64,000 nt of DNA from Anthoceros angustus (Eukaryota > Plantae > Anthocerotophyta): positions 124,001 to 188,000 of the forward strand of contig VJWM01000196.1 in NCBI GenBank assembly GCA_010909165.1. The letters are read 5' to 3'. Each line of letters begins with the position of its first letter. The stretch's first letter is position 1. Below are positions 25,201 through 36,834 of the stretch, in pieces. Below the pieces are notes generated by a model. The model was not told where the DNA came from, made no database searches, and saw only the letters and a program-made list of their open reading frames with translations. A program made the translations under genes and the position numbers.

Positions 25201-26504
25201 GCGTAATGCTGCTGGACGATTACAAATTTGAGCAGGTCAACATCACGCTCATCACGGCACTAATGAGCTCAGACTTGGAGGACATGAGCACAGGCTGGCC
25301 GCTGGCCGTTCCCCACCGTGCACTGCATCCTCCCTTCCGTTGAAGTCAACACGAGCATGCCATGCCATTACCGCCAGTGTACATATCTCACGGTACACTT
25401 TTTCTGTGCGCGTAAGCATGCATTTATGTACACGACAGCGGTGCGGGGGCGGGAGCGGGTCATGGTGGCGTGAATCGAAGCGTCTTGTCTGTTTGCACCC
25501 AGCTTTGCACTTGTCACGGGCGCCGTCGCCGTCGGCAGCAACCTGTTACAGCCACTGCAGCAGTAACAGCAGGAGGAAGGAGCGACGGTGGTGGCAGTCC
25601 CGGTACACGAGGTTGCCGTTGGAGGCAGGGATCCCGTTCCGTTGTCAGACCCTAAACCCATCCCATCGCTCCTGCTTCAATCTTCAATCGCTTGGAATTG
25701 TAGGTGGTATGGGTCAAACCTGCAAGTTTGAACGCAGCAGAGGTGCAGGCAGGAAGGCTGCAGGCCGCAGGCTGCAGGCTGCAGGTTGCAGGCTGCAGCC
25801 CTGGCAACTGAAATTCTGGTAAAGGCGCGGCCCGTGCAGCAGAGCGCCATCGCCAACCCGATCCGATATCCTCTTTTGCATCGATTCTGGAGGTACTGCG
25901 CCATGCCCATTATTATTGTGCGTCACCTACCATCTCCATAACTCGGTCAAAGACCTAGTCAAAAGTAGTAAGGGTTTAAACTTTACTGTGCATGCGTTGT
26001 GGACATAGAGAAGCCACAGCCCCACCGGTGCTGAGGCAAGGGCTAGCCTAGAGCCTCTCGCGGCCCGGGCCGCGGGGCCCGGAGCCCGGAGCCTGGAGCC
26101 CGTTCCGTTGTTCCGTTAGGGACACGGCCCAAATGCCGGGCCTTTGGTCGGCACCGCAACTTGGCTGGCCGGGGCCCACCCCTTGTTTTCGCTTACATGT
26201 TCATCGTCAAGCCCGAGCCCAATGGCAAAGCCCTTTCCCTTTCCCTTTGCAGGTTCTCAGCAGCGCCAGCCACCAATAGTTGCGAGCGAGGAACATGAGA
26301 AATGTGTGTTCCAAGCCGAGGCAGGGCAGCCCTCGCCAGTCCGCACGCGCCACGTCTGGGGAACGGGGCCGTGGCTGGCCGGCAGCCAGCGCAGTCCCGG
26401 TCCCCGCACCACTGTACAATGCAGAGATATTCATCGTTCTGCAACTGCATCTCTCTTTTGGCAGCGAGGGAAGGAATACCTTGAGGATATGGAAGCAAGC
26501 CATG

Positions 26505-26695
26505 GCAGTGCAGTGCAGTGCAGTGCAGTGCAGTGCAGGGCAGTGCAGTGCAGGGCAGGGCAGTGCAGCGCAGTGCAGTGCATATGTTTACACGCAATAT
26601 GTGTCCGCGTAGGTATCCGCGTTCCGAGTTCCGAGTTCCGAGTGCCGAGTTCCGAGTTCCGAGTTCCGACTTCCGACTCCCGACTTCCGAGTTCC
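26505..26695. repeat. (CAGTG)n and (GTTCCGA)n repeats
   Basis: Read directly. Confidence 0.85.
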
Positions 26696-28645
26696 AACCA
26701 ACGAATTTAGTTTCAAAGTACAGCAACAGCAGTGGATACATGACGCCACCCACAAAATGCCGAATATCTGGAACCCCGCACCCGGCGCCCAAGGCATGGG
26801 CCTGGACGCATAGACGCGTACTCGGCCTCCTGGCAGTGGCCACCATAAAAAGGTGGCAGACAAGCCGGCAGGCGGGCAAGGAAGGCCTCGGCCCCCTGGC
26901 TCCAGGCTCCGGTGTGTGTATTGTATTGGGATTCCATCTTCTTTCCGCAACATCATTCCGTGGAGCCGGAGCCGGAGCCGGGCCCGGGCCCGGGGGTCTG
27001 CGAACCGAATCGCGATGCCACGCCGGAAAAGCAAAGCAAAGCGTCGGCCCACGGGCCTCTCCATACTGCAGCCTTCATCGGGCCACCAGCCCCACACAAA
27101 GCGGTTGCGCCTTTTTCCTAAACTACACTATCTACATACATCATCACAGACGCGAGGCGCCCACCATCTGTGCAGGCCAGCCCCATCCGCATCTTCATGT
27201 GGCCCATGTGTGGGCCACATGTGCCGGTCCCGCCTCCTCAGACTCTTGATCAGACTACCGATTTATGGGCGATGGCGACCAGGCGGCAACGTATGTATGC
27301 ATGTATATATGTACATCATCCTCCCGCTCCTTTGGGCTTGCCCATAAATTCGCCTCTCGCACCGTCCGGGATCGGGACTTTCGCTCATAAAAGCTGTCCA
27401 TTTGGTTCACCACGACCCATTCATTGCCTCTCACTCCCTGCACTCCAGCCTGCACTGCACACTGCACTGCACTGCACTGCACTGTGCCAATTCACCAACC
27501 CATTTCCTTGGCAAGGAACGATAACGACTAACGATTACCGCCATAACATGCATCCCTGCACCATATGTACATACATACTACATACATACACACATACACA
27601 TGTACATATAGTATATACGCATACGGATCTAGCGTATGTACGTGCCAACAGGCCCAGCCCGTGCACCTGCCGCATCCGTTCATCAACTGTTATTACTCTA
27701 TGTATGTACATACATGTGTACACGTTCAATGCTCTCAGCACATCATATCTCATGATGTACGTGCGCGCCATTATCGCCTGTCCTGCTCCCGCCAACCATA
27801 CTCTAACGCTTCAAAACCGGTGAGTCGCAAATTCCAATTTCCAAACAAAATGAAATGGCAGAGGCAGCGCCAGCGCCAGCGCTAGTGCCACCCCCACGAG
27901 CTGTGACGTTGAGACGGGGAAACAAACCATCGTCCATCATCACACTTCGCCAGCCAACAACGGAGCGGCCTGCTCTCCACAAACTTTATTTTACTTCAGT
28001 GCGGGCAGTGCGGGAGCCACACCTTCTCCGAACGGGACGGCACGCCACGCGACTGGACTGGACGGGACGGGACGGGCTCTTCCACCTCCCAACGGGACAC
28101 CTCATTATGATGGCCCTCTGCGGGCCCACGTGGACGTTACGCCACATCATGGCATGCACATGATGGAGCCTGCAACTTTGCAACACATGCCTAGCCTCCG
28201 ACTCCGACTCCTACCTCTTTTATATTATACATTTCCACTCTTCCCTGCCAGTGCTGCCACCGATCTCCCCTAGCACCAAAATCTTCTGCCGCCTGCCACT
28301 CTTGTGCGCAGGTATTTTGCATGCATATAAATCTTTCCTCTACAAAAGTGAAAGAGCAGATATTGTAATATCTATAAAATTATATCATATTTTATATTTC
28401 ATAACAATCAATGGATACATTTATGAAAATATAACTTGGTATAGATAAACCATAAAGCTCCTAAGGACAATCACACATATGAAAAAAGCTTACCACATTC
28501 CCCAAGATCACCTCTTTAAAGAAACATCAAAATAAAAAACATGTTACCGAACTCAAGTCTAACCACAACCGAGTAACAAGGGGAAAACTTACAGAGGGAG
28601 AGGAAGGAGGTGCCCACCACCTCCTCTTCCACGTAGCCCCCGTAT

Positions 28646-28852
28646 GAAGAAGAAGAAGAAGAAGAAGAATTTAAGTCCACTAAGGACGGATTTCCTTCAT
28701 GGGACTCGGTACTTAACAACTTGTACCATGGTGTGCCTAAGCTACTTGCATCAAGGGCATCCACTCCCTTTAGGCACCCCATCTAAGTACCTATCTAAGC
28801 TCAGGATGCTTAATCACGGTGTTCTTATAAATGTGTGTCCATTTGGCCTAAG
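28646..28852 (-). repeat. ~185-bp dispersed repeat ending in a (TTC)n tail, copy 1; probable non-LTR retroelement 3' end
   Basis: Reverse-complement match to 58165-58366; both copies end in TTC repeats. Confidence 0.8.
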
Positions 28853-31800
28853 CCATTTGGTATGGGAAGAAGCTAATGGATAGTGGAACCGTGTTTTAGT
28901 ATTATGTACATATGCCTTGTTTTGAGGATAGACTCCTTAGTGACCATTTTGGCCTTGTTACCTACGTTTGGAAAGTTTTGAAAGTTTTGAAAACAATGGT
29001 CATTTTCTGAGTTAGTCTCATTACATCGTACGTTACTTTTCGAATATCCGGGTGGACTCCTCATCAAGTTTCATCTCTTGAATCTTTGTAAATGAATGCA
29101 AGTTGTGAAGAGATATATCTTCCATTGCTAGTGTGTAAGTGATACAGTTTTTCTCTTAGCACTTCTTGGTGTAAATTTGGTCTCTTTGCACTTCTTGGTT
29201 TAAATTTGGTGCTGTGCAAATGATTCATAAAGAGGGAGAGGCTAGAGAGTGTGGCCACTCACGTATGCTGGAAAGTTGTATAAGGTCCAAGAAAAATTCA
29301 AAATCTTAAATAACATATATTACTTTCTTCAATCACCTTGCTCATATGTATATATCAAAAAGAACATGATACAATATGAAACCATGGTTGATGGAGAACA
29401 GTTTGTTTAGCAATGTTTTGTAACTTTCAAGAATGAAACAACTATACATGTGAAGGAAGTTTTAATTTAGTAAATGTCCGTCGAAGTCTTTATGTTCAAG
29501 CTTCTATACTTAAATGCCTGTGTAAAGACCATATTCACGCATTTTGGACTTAAAAGAGTACCATATGATGGCCAACGCAGGACCAAATAAGAAAGTAGCA
29601 AGTTCATTATCTTGGCCCCTTATCTTAATATACAATACCTAAGTTTGCTTCTCTTTGTTACCCACCATCCATTCCTCTCCCACACGTATGGTATTCATAA
29701 TCCTACAAAAAATTTGGAGTCTGATATTATTCCATCCTTCAATTGTCTACACCAAATCCTCGGTAACCAATGGATCCATACTGGGTTTTTTTTAGCGAGT
29801 TTCGTGGTTGGATCCGTATCATCTTGATAACAAATCAATGCATTTCCCATCCTTTTCTCCTTTAAAATAAACTTTATCTTTTCCAAACACCAACATGTTT
29901 GAAAGTTCACAAGCTCCAAATATTTTACCCTTCAATGGTGCGCTACCATGAGTAGTCCCAAAGTTGCTAATTTTTGAGCTATTTGTCTCGCACTTCAGAA
30001 TCGTTCCCTTCCAACACACAACTCAAGCATCACCCAACCATTCTCCTCGACACCTCCAACCTGAAGGCACATCTCTCCCTTTGCCTATCTACCACAACTC
30101 CCATTGACGACCCATGTGGTGTCCACACTATAAGAAATGGATCCGATCTATATTGTTCAATACATGCAATGCTCTTCATAACAATGAAAAAGGGTGTTAC
30201 AGTTGCGGCAGAAGGCATACACGAGTTAGCATGGCATGGGTAACCCTGGTTGGGTAGCGGTGTGCTTGGCGGGTGCTGAGAGTGTGCCGCGTGGCAGCTT
30301 CAGTGCACCCAACCTACAAGCTTGGATTTTGAGATCGAGTCCACCGTGCATTTTTCGTGGAAATCCTTTGGTTTCAATCAAAATATATGCCTAACTTGCA
30401 GAAGCTGAGATCGAACCCTACTCTACGACGGCATATACAGTGCTAAGCCAATGCGGCAAATAGTACATTCCAGTCCGGACTCAGAGACCAAGCGTATAGA
30501 CATGAGCGGAAGCCGGGGATAGTACACAATACTACAAATGCTATGGCCCAAAGATAGCATTCGATACGCGTGAAAGACGTGTACGAGCGGCCTGAGACGC
30601 GCAACCAAGTGGGGGGGGTTATGTCTTAGGTTCCGTCTCTGCAAGACTATTGTGTCCTTCGCCAAAGATGCAGTCACAATATCTTCGAGACCGTTGAGCG
30701 GTGCCGGTTTGCGCATCCCTAAACCCTGTCCTACCCGTTGCAACAGGATTAGGTATCGTTTCATTGTCGCCCCTCACATGACGTCCTAGAAACGGTGACT
30801 GGGACGTACGTGCCCCGTCCACCCAAGCGGTGACTTCGGAAACCCCCATCCGCTGTTTATTTACTCTGGATAGGGCAAATTCCCGGGCCACTCTCTAACC
30901 CCCCCAGTAGCGAGAGAGATTGGCCCAAGGATCCGCCGTGCTAACACGCCTACTAGGCGCTCGCAAAATTTAAAATCCGCGAGAGGTTATACTCGGGATT
31001 ACATACCTAATGGGTATTTAATTGCGGCCTAGATTAGGACAAGCCGCAAGTGGTTATAATCGGGAGATCGGTCTGTAATAGGCGGGCACAAGTTCGAGCT
31101 CCAAACCAGAGTCTGCTAGCATGAGTATTATTTCATCCTAGATCGATGCGATAAAAAATATGGTGCCATTTACTTCCAGATGCAAAACTATGACCACGGC
31201 CATCGACAGGGTGCTTCCTAAGATCCTTACAACACGACACGGGGGCATTGCAACAAGACATGCCTTGTGTACAGTGCATGCCATCGATATCAACCTGCTA
31301 CAAAGGGGGAGAACCTAGAGTCCAACTACACATGCTTGCAAGCATGCCGCGCAGGATGTGGAACCCTTACGAGTGGGCACGTGCCGCATCTAGCAAGAAA
31401 CGCCGATGGACGAAGGCAGCGTCTCGGGAGGCAATTGAGAAGGAATCTGGGATGGGGACAACATTAGGTTAGAATGAGGATGAGGCTGAACAGGACCTAC
31501 GCCTTCTAATCGCGAATGTGGATCTCCATCTTGCAGATGCACATGTTGTGCTTGCAAGGCTGCAAGAGGAGCTCATGGACATTGTGTAGCGGGAGTTTTC
31601 AACCATCATAAATAGGGACACCATTAAAGCCCAGTTTTCAAATTGCCAAAGATAGCAAAAATTGGATCATCAGGGAGCGTGTGAAGCAGACGGCTTTGTG
31701 GCTTCGGACTCAAGGGGAGGCGGAGAAGGATTTGAAGCCAAATTCAATCACAAGCACCGCCTAGAAGTTAGCTGTTGCTTGGGCAATTCGGGTGTTTGAT

Positions 31801-34800
31801 AGGAATGGGGGAGTGTGGCCTGAGTGCTAGCAGCAGAAGGCAACTATGACCAGGCTTGCCAAGCATGGCACTGCAGCCACCAGACATAACGTGACGCTGG
31901 GATGGGGGACCCTTTTTCCAATCGCTTCTAGTTACTCTCTTCTTCACACTTGAGGGAATCCTATGTGCGCTATCCAGGGCTTGAGGATGGTTAGACGACT
32001 AATGAAAAGGTCCATGACGTGCCTCTCCGGCCTTGCTTGTCACATTTTGGAGCCCACAATTAGCAACCTGGGCTGTAAACTTTGTTCCCCACTTGGCTCA
32101 AGTAGTAGGCACCCCGAACATATGCTTACCCTCGTATCCCCCACCACGCCACCCGTCACTTTGTCCACATCCTTGTGACCAGATCCTGATGTTGTTCTTG
32201 TTTGCTCATCAACCAGTTGATCGTCAATGCCTGGATGAACAGGGGCGTGCTCGCAAATCATACCGCACAGGACTTCTTCAGGCTTCCACGGGAGAAGAAT
32301 CTCAGTGATGGCAAGTCTCTCGCTGAGGCTTGTACATCAACCTTCCCTCCCCATTCTCGAATGCGCATCCCCACTCTGCATCCATGTCGTCGAAGCTTGG
32401 CCCCTCCATGCTGCCCTTTCGAGCATGCTGGGTGCCATGCTCCTTTGCCTAAGAGTCCGTGCCTTCCTTCTCGCCTTCGCCCCCACCTGGCCGATACTCC
32501 TCGGACTCACCCGAGTCCGATTCAATCGGGGCAGGCTCAGACTCCGACAAGCAATAAGAAGCCAGGCCATAGCCAATCTCCTTCCACGAGTAAGAGCTAG
32601 AGGTAGCCCTGCATGCCTGCTCCATTTGCACGTGACGAGGGATCCCCTGTGCCTCCAAACGAGGGCAAGCATGGTCAAAGCAACCATTTTAATGGGAGGG
32701 GAGCAGCACGAGCAACCAGGCGTGAGACGAACAATACACAACAATGCCAAAGATTCTCACGACGGGCCTAAAAATGACACGAACACCAAGCCCTGATGTC
32801 ACACTTGTTTTCGCAACCTCTGAGTCCTCCGAGGTTGAAAGTGTGATCTGTCGTATCTTCCTCTTCCCTCCTATCAGGCTTATATTGGTCCGAGCATAGG
32901 CTTTCCAGCCACTTATTTTATAGCTTTAATTTGAGCCGCGTTGAGCTCCATCACGACGCTTGCACCAACCCCATGTGATGAGCTCGGTCTTGGACCCCGA
33001 GCCTCATGTTCCAGCATCACTCCTCGCAGTGGTGTTGTGAGACAACTCTCTCGCACTTCTACGTGAGCATCCGGAGGCAGGTCAGCAGCCCGCTCGGTCG
33101 GCGCGGCATTGGGGTAAGGGCTGCAATCATCCCCAACCGCGTCCGCCATTGATACTTTAGTGGGATCAGGGGCTGCCTCCCCATCCTCGTCCTCTTGCCC
33201 GCCAGCATCAGCGGCTCCCTCAGCATCCAGTGGAGGATGTGACCTGGTGTGATGCCACTCCAGACAGATGAATCCGGGCAGATAGCCCCAACACCCTTGC
33301 ATGGCGCCCGCTCCGACGGCCTAGAGCTAACATGAAAGCCATCCCTCCGGGCCAAAGGGAGGATGGGGGAGCCATCCTCCCCCATCCTGCCATCTCCAAC
33401 ATCGGCAGGGCCATTCGCCTCCGAATTGCCACTCCTCGCCACCCCTTCTTTGGGCACATCTGAGGTCTATGGAAAGCGCTCCGCCAACACCATAGACCCC
33501 CTCCTCCGCTGTACTACAAGTGCCCTGAGCTCTTGGTCATTGAAACCTAATGCCGTCCGCGGCACGTTAGAAATGCCCAATAGCGACAGGCAAAGAGCCT
33601 CAGACAGCTCTTCTTGGTCTATCTCCACCATTGCCATAGCCAGAAGTATGGATGCTCGGCGTGGATGGGGTTCTTAAATGCAATTGCGTCTTGAGATCAC
33701 AAGTAGTGCCCAAAAAGGCAAGTGCATCCTTTTAGTGATTGTTCGTCCCGAGATTTACAACAGACGTTTTCCGGCCCGATTCAGGCTTGGATGATGGTAA
33801 GCCTCACTTCACACGGAGGAGCTCCATGACACTGCACATGATATCGCTAAATTGCAAGAGTAGCACAAGATAACTCAATTGGTGGCCGCTGGTGGGATGT
33901 CTTGGTGCTCGTGACGGGCACAACGTCTAATGTCCTCAGGTCGGGCTCATGCAGCAGACACAAAGAGGCAGTCGCAACACCGTAGCCAAAGCCACATCAT
34001 CATGGCCAGCTCGTTGCTCATGTCATAGGAGGTGACCTCTTGTGCATCAGGTTCCGTCGGCTCCACATCATGTAAGCACCCTAGTTGCGAGCTCTTGGCT
34101 GACGGAGCCTCCAAAATAGTGGTCGCAGATGACGGCTCTGGTGCGGACTCGAAGTCCACAAGCTAGGACTCAGTGCCTCTGATTGGAGAATCCGACATGG
34201 TGTTGTTCATGACATTCCATTGCAGCTATGTAGTTCCTATTTTAAACATCTCATGGTCAAAGACAGTGCATCATGGTCAATATTCGTCCCATGCCCTTAA
34301 CAGTGTTTCTCAGCATAGGGGTTTGTCTCCGAACCCCATTTTGGCCCCAACCATCCAGAAATGCACACGTCTCATTTCACTGTTTTCAGTGATTTGCAAA
34401 CCCACAGCGCATGCATCCGAGCCCAAAAGAAGACCTAATGTGCCCACAGTCCGCATAAATGCCGGACACACTTTTGTACTAAGTGGCTGGATGACTAGCG
34501 CACTTATGCTCCAAAGAGTTGGAGTGCGCCGGACTTCCGACGCACTTATACTCCAAAGAGGTGCAGTGCACCGGGTTTGGAGAGGGTTGCGTCAATACTT
34601 GTGCAGGCAAACACTTTCGTTCAAGTTGCCTGTGCACACTTGTCACCGCACCAACACTCACATCAATTCTCTTTTCAAACCCCGTGATTCAAAGCAATCC
34701 CACACGCTAGGCATACCTTGTTTGACTTGCCCCCTGCGTGTCGGAGATAAGCCGTACTTAGATCTGCAGCATTAGGCCCCGCGGGCGAGAATTGGACAAG

Positions 34801-35550
34801 GTAAAGGATGGTGAGGCCTCCTCAACCCTTCTTGATCAAACTCTTCAGAGTTTACATTTCTTCTTGTCAAGTCCGTATCGCTTTCAACCTTAGTCTACCC
34901 ATGGGTAGCACATGGTGCAAGTTAGATCTTAAATTCAAAATCTCCTGGCGAAGCTTGGCTATAGTTCGTCTCTAAACACCTAGCTGCGCCACAACTGTAG
35001 TGGACATCACAGTGGGTATAGGCGGTCCTCCTTGAGCCTCACCAAATACTCACCATTTGGTCAAACCCCACTGGCGATCAGCCATCTTTCTTCAGATACT
35101 CGCTAGCTCTCACTAGGGCTCGTAGTGGCCAAGCAAATGCTCTCTTATACTTGTGTTCGACTGCATCCGATAGGATTTCATTACTCAAGGACAAATCATC
35201 TATTTCATTTATTTTCTTGCTTCTCTACAAAACATTGTGAAACATTGTCGTCTTCAAAAGGTTGTCCATTAGAAACCACCGTCATACATGTCGAATTTTG
35301 GAAAATATAGCTCGTCTAGAAACCAAGGCCCATGCATCTATACGTGCATCAAACTCAAATGAGCCGGACATTTGGCGCACCAATCAAAGAGATCCAGCAA
35401 GTCATCGGAAGGGGCACATAGAGTAAGGCCAAAAGGTTTTACATGTTGTATACAAAGCGAATGTGGGAATATAACATCAACCAACAAATGATTTTCAAAA
35501 AAACTATTCATGACTTTACGCCTAGATACCAGGATGATTTACAAATTTTT

Positions 35551-35843
35551 CAAACCACTGAAAATCAACACTCCATCCTGGTATTGATCCGCCTCTAGGT
35601 TGCTTAACAGTGGAGTTGTTACAAAGTTTTCAAAGCGCCAAAAACAAGCAAACCATCCTAGTACTAATCCGACCCAAGAGTGCTAAACCCTGGAGTTCTC
35701 AAAGCACCAAAAACAAGCAAACCATCCTAGTACTAATCCGACCCAAGAGAGCTAAACCCTGGAGTTCTCAAAGCGCCAAAAACAAGCACCCCACCCCATC
35801 CTAGTATTGATCCGGCCCAAGGGTGCTTAACCTTGGAGTTCTT
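35551..35843. repeat. 69-bp tandem repeat, ~4 copies
   Basis: Units start at 35631, 35700 and 35769 (caaagcRccaaaaacaagcaaaccatcctagtactaatccgacccaagag...); there is a diverged upstream copy. Confidence 0.9.
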
Positions 35844-36834
35844 CAGCCGTTGTACCTATCTACTGAAGGGACGATATTTTGATAGATACAAATAATATAT
35901 ATACATTTGCGCCGGATGTCCGGCGCATCCACTCCACCATTTCCATTGCGCTGGACGCCCACAAGATTGGGATCTCTAGGAAAGGCGCTGGACGTCCGGC
36001 GCAGGCTTTAGCAGACTCACGCCAATGTGCTGAAAATCCGGCGCATTGCTCCAATTCCTTCCGCTGTTTTTCACTCTAACAATGGAGATCCCAGGGTTGT
36101 GTACTCACGTGCACGCATACTTTTAGAGTCATAATTTGTTCCTCTCGAGATGGGTATGATCAGGCTATCAATTAATGTTCTCTCACAATTGCACCGGACG
36201 TCCGGCGCAGTTGCTTCTTTTCGGCTTGTGAATTGCTTTTTTTGCGTGTTGGTTGCGCCGGACGTCCGGCGCAGTTTGGCTTGCTGGGCTAGTTTGGTTT
36301 GGTTTGCCTACTGTTCACCTTGCTAGGAAGTACTATCGCCTACGAAAGAGGTGTTTAGGATTCCTAGCACCTATTAAAAATCCATGAAATCCCTTCCATG
36401 TGCAGGTGAAATCCGCGAACCTTCTTCAGCTTAAACCCTATTAGCGCAAGCGTTCGTGAGAAAATAACATGATCAATGTCTTTCAGTACATGTCTAAAGA
36501 GTGGTTTTGCTAAAGATGATGCATTTTGGCCCATTTTCAGGGTCATTTTTTGGTCTTTAGGGACCCAAACCCCTTTAATGGAGAATAACCCCTGTCCAAA
36601 GAGACATTGTTCCTTTCACATGGTCATCTGGGCCGGCATCGATCTCGTGATGTCCCGGGTGCAGGCATGCATGGACGCACGTGTGTCGGGCGTAAAAAGC
36701 ACTTCCAGCTGTGCAGAAGTGAAGGACATGCTCACATGGGCTCTTTATTCAAGTTCCATATCCCAATTGGATGGGATTTCACTAACAATGTACCAATCAG
36801 CGCGTCCCGGCATGACATTGGAATGCACCATAGC

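Larger units (their letters stand above)
16893..28400 (-). promoter_or_regulatory. Long upstream (5' UTR/promoter) region of the MYB gene, GC-rich and SSR-dense
   Basis: No recognisable protein or TE domains over ~11.5 kb, with many 5-8 nt tandem repeats. A regulatory role is inferred from position only. Confidence 0.4.

Noticed and set aside
17000-28400. Many 60-240 aa ORFs on both strands
   Set aside because: They are by-products of GC-rich hexamer repeats (poly-dipeptide translations), with no domain or consistent exon structure.
28860-35300. Possible LINE ORF2 tail (28.9-30 kb) and a CACTA second-ORF remnant (31-35 kb)
   Set aside because: The resemblance is only faint and fragmented, not enough to call without a profile search.
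35551-35843. Regularly spaced repeats as a CRISPR-like array (also 48975-49400)
   Set aside because: The units repeat in full without unique spacers, there are no cas genes, and the context is eukaryotic.
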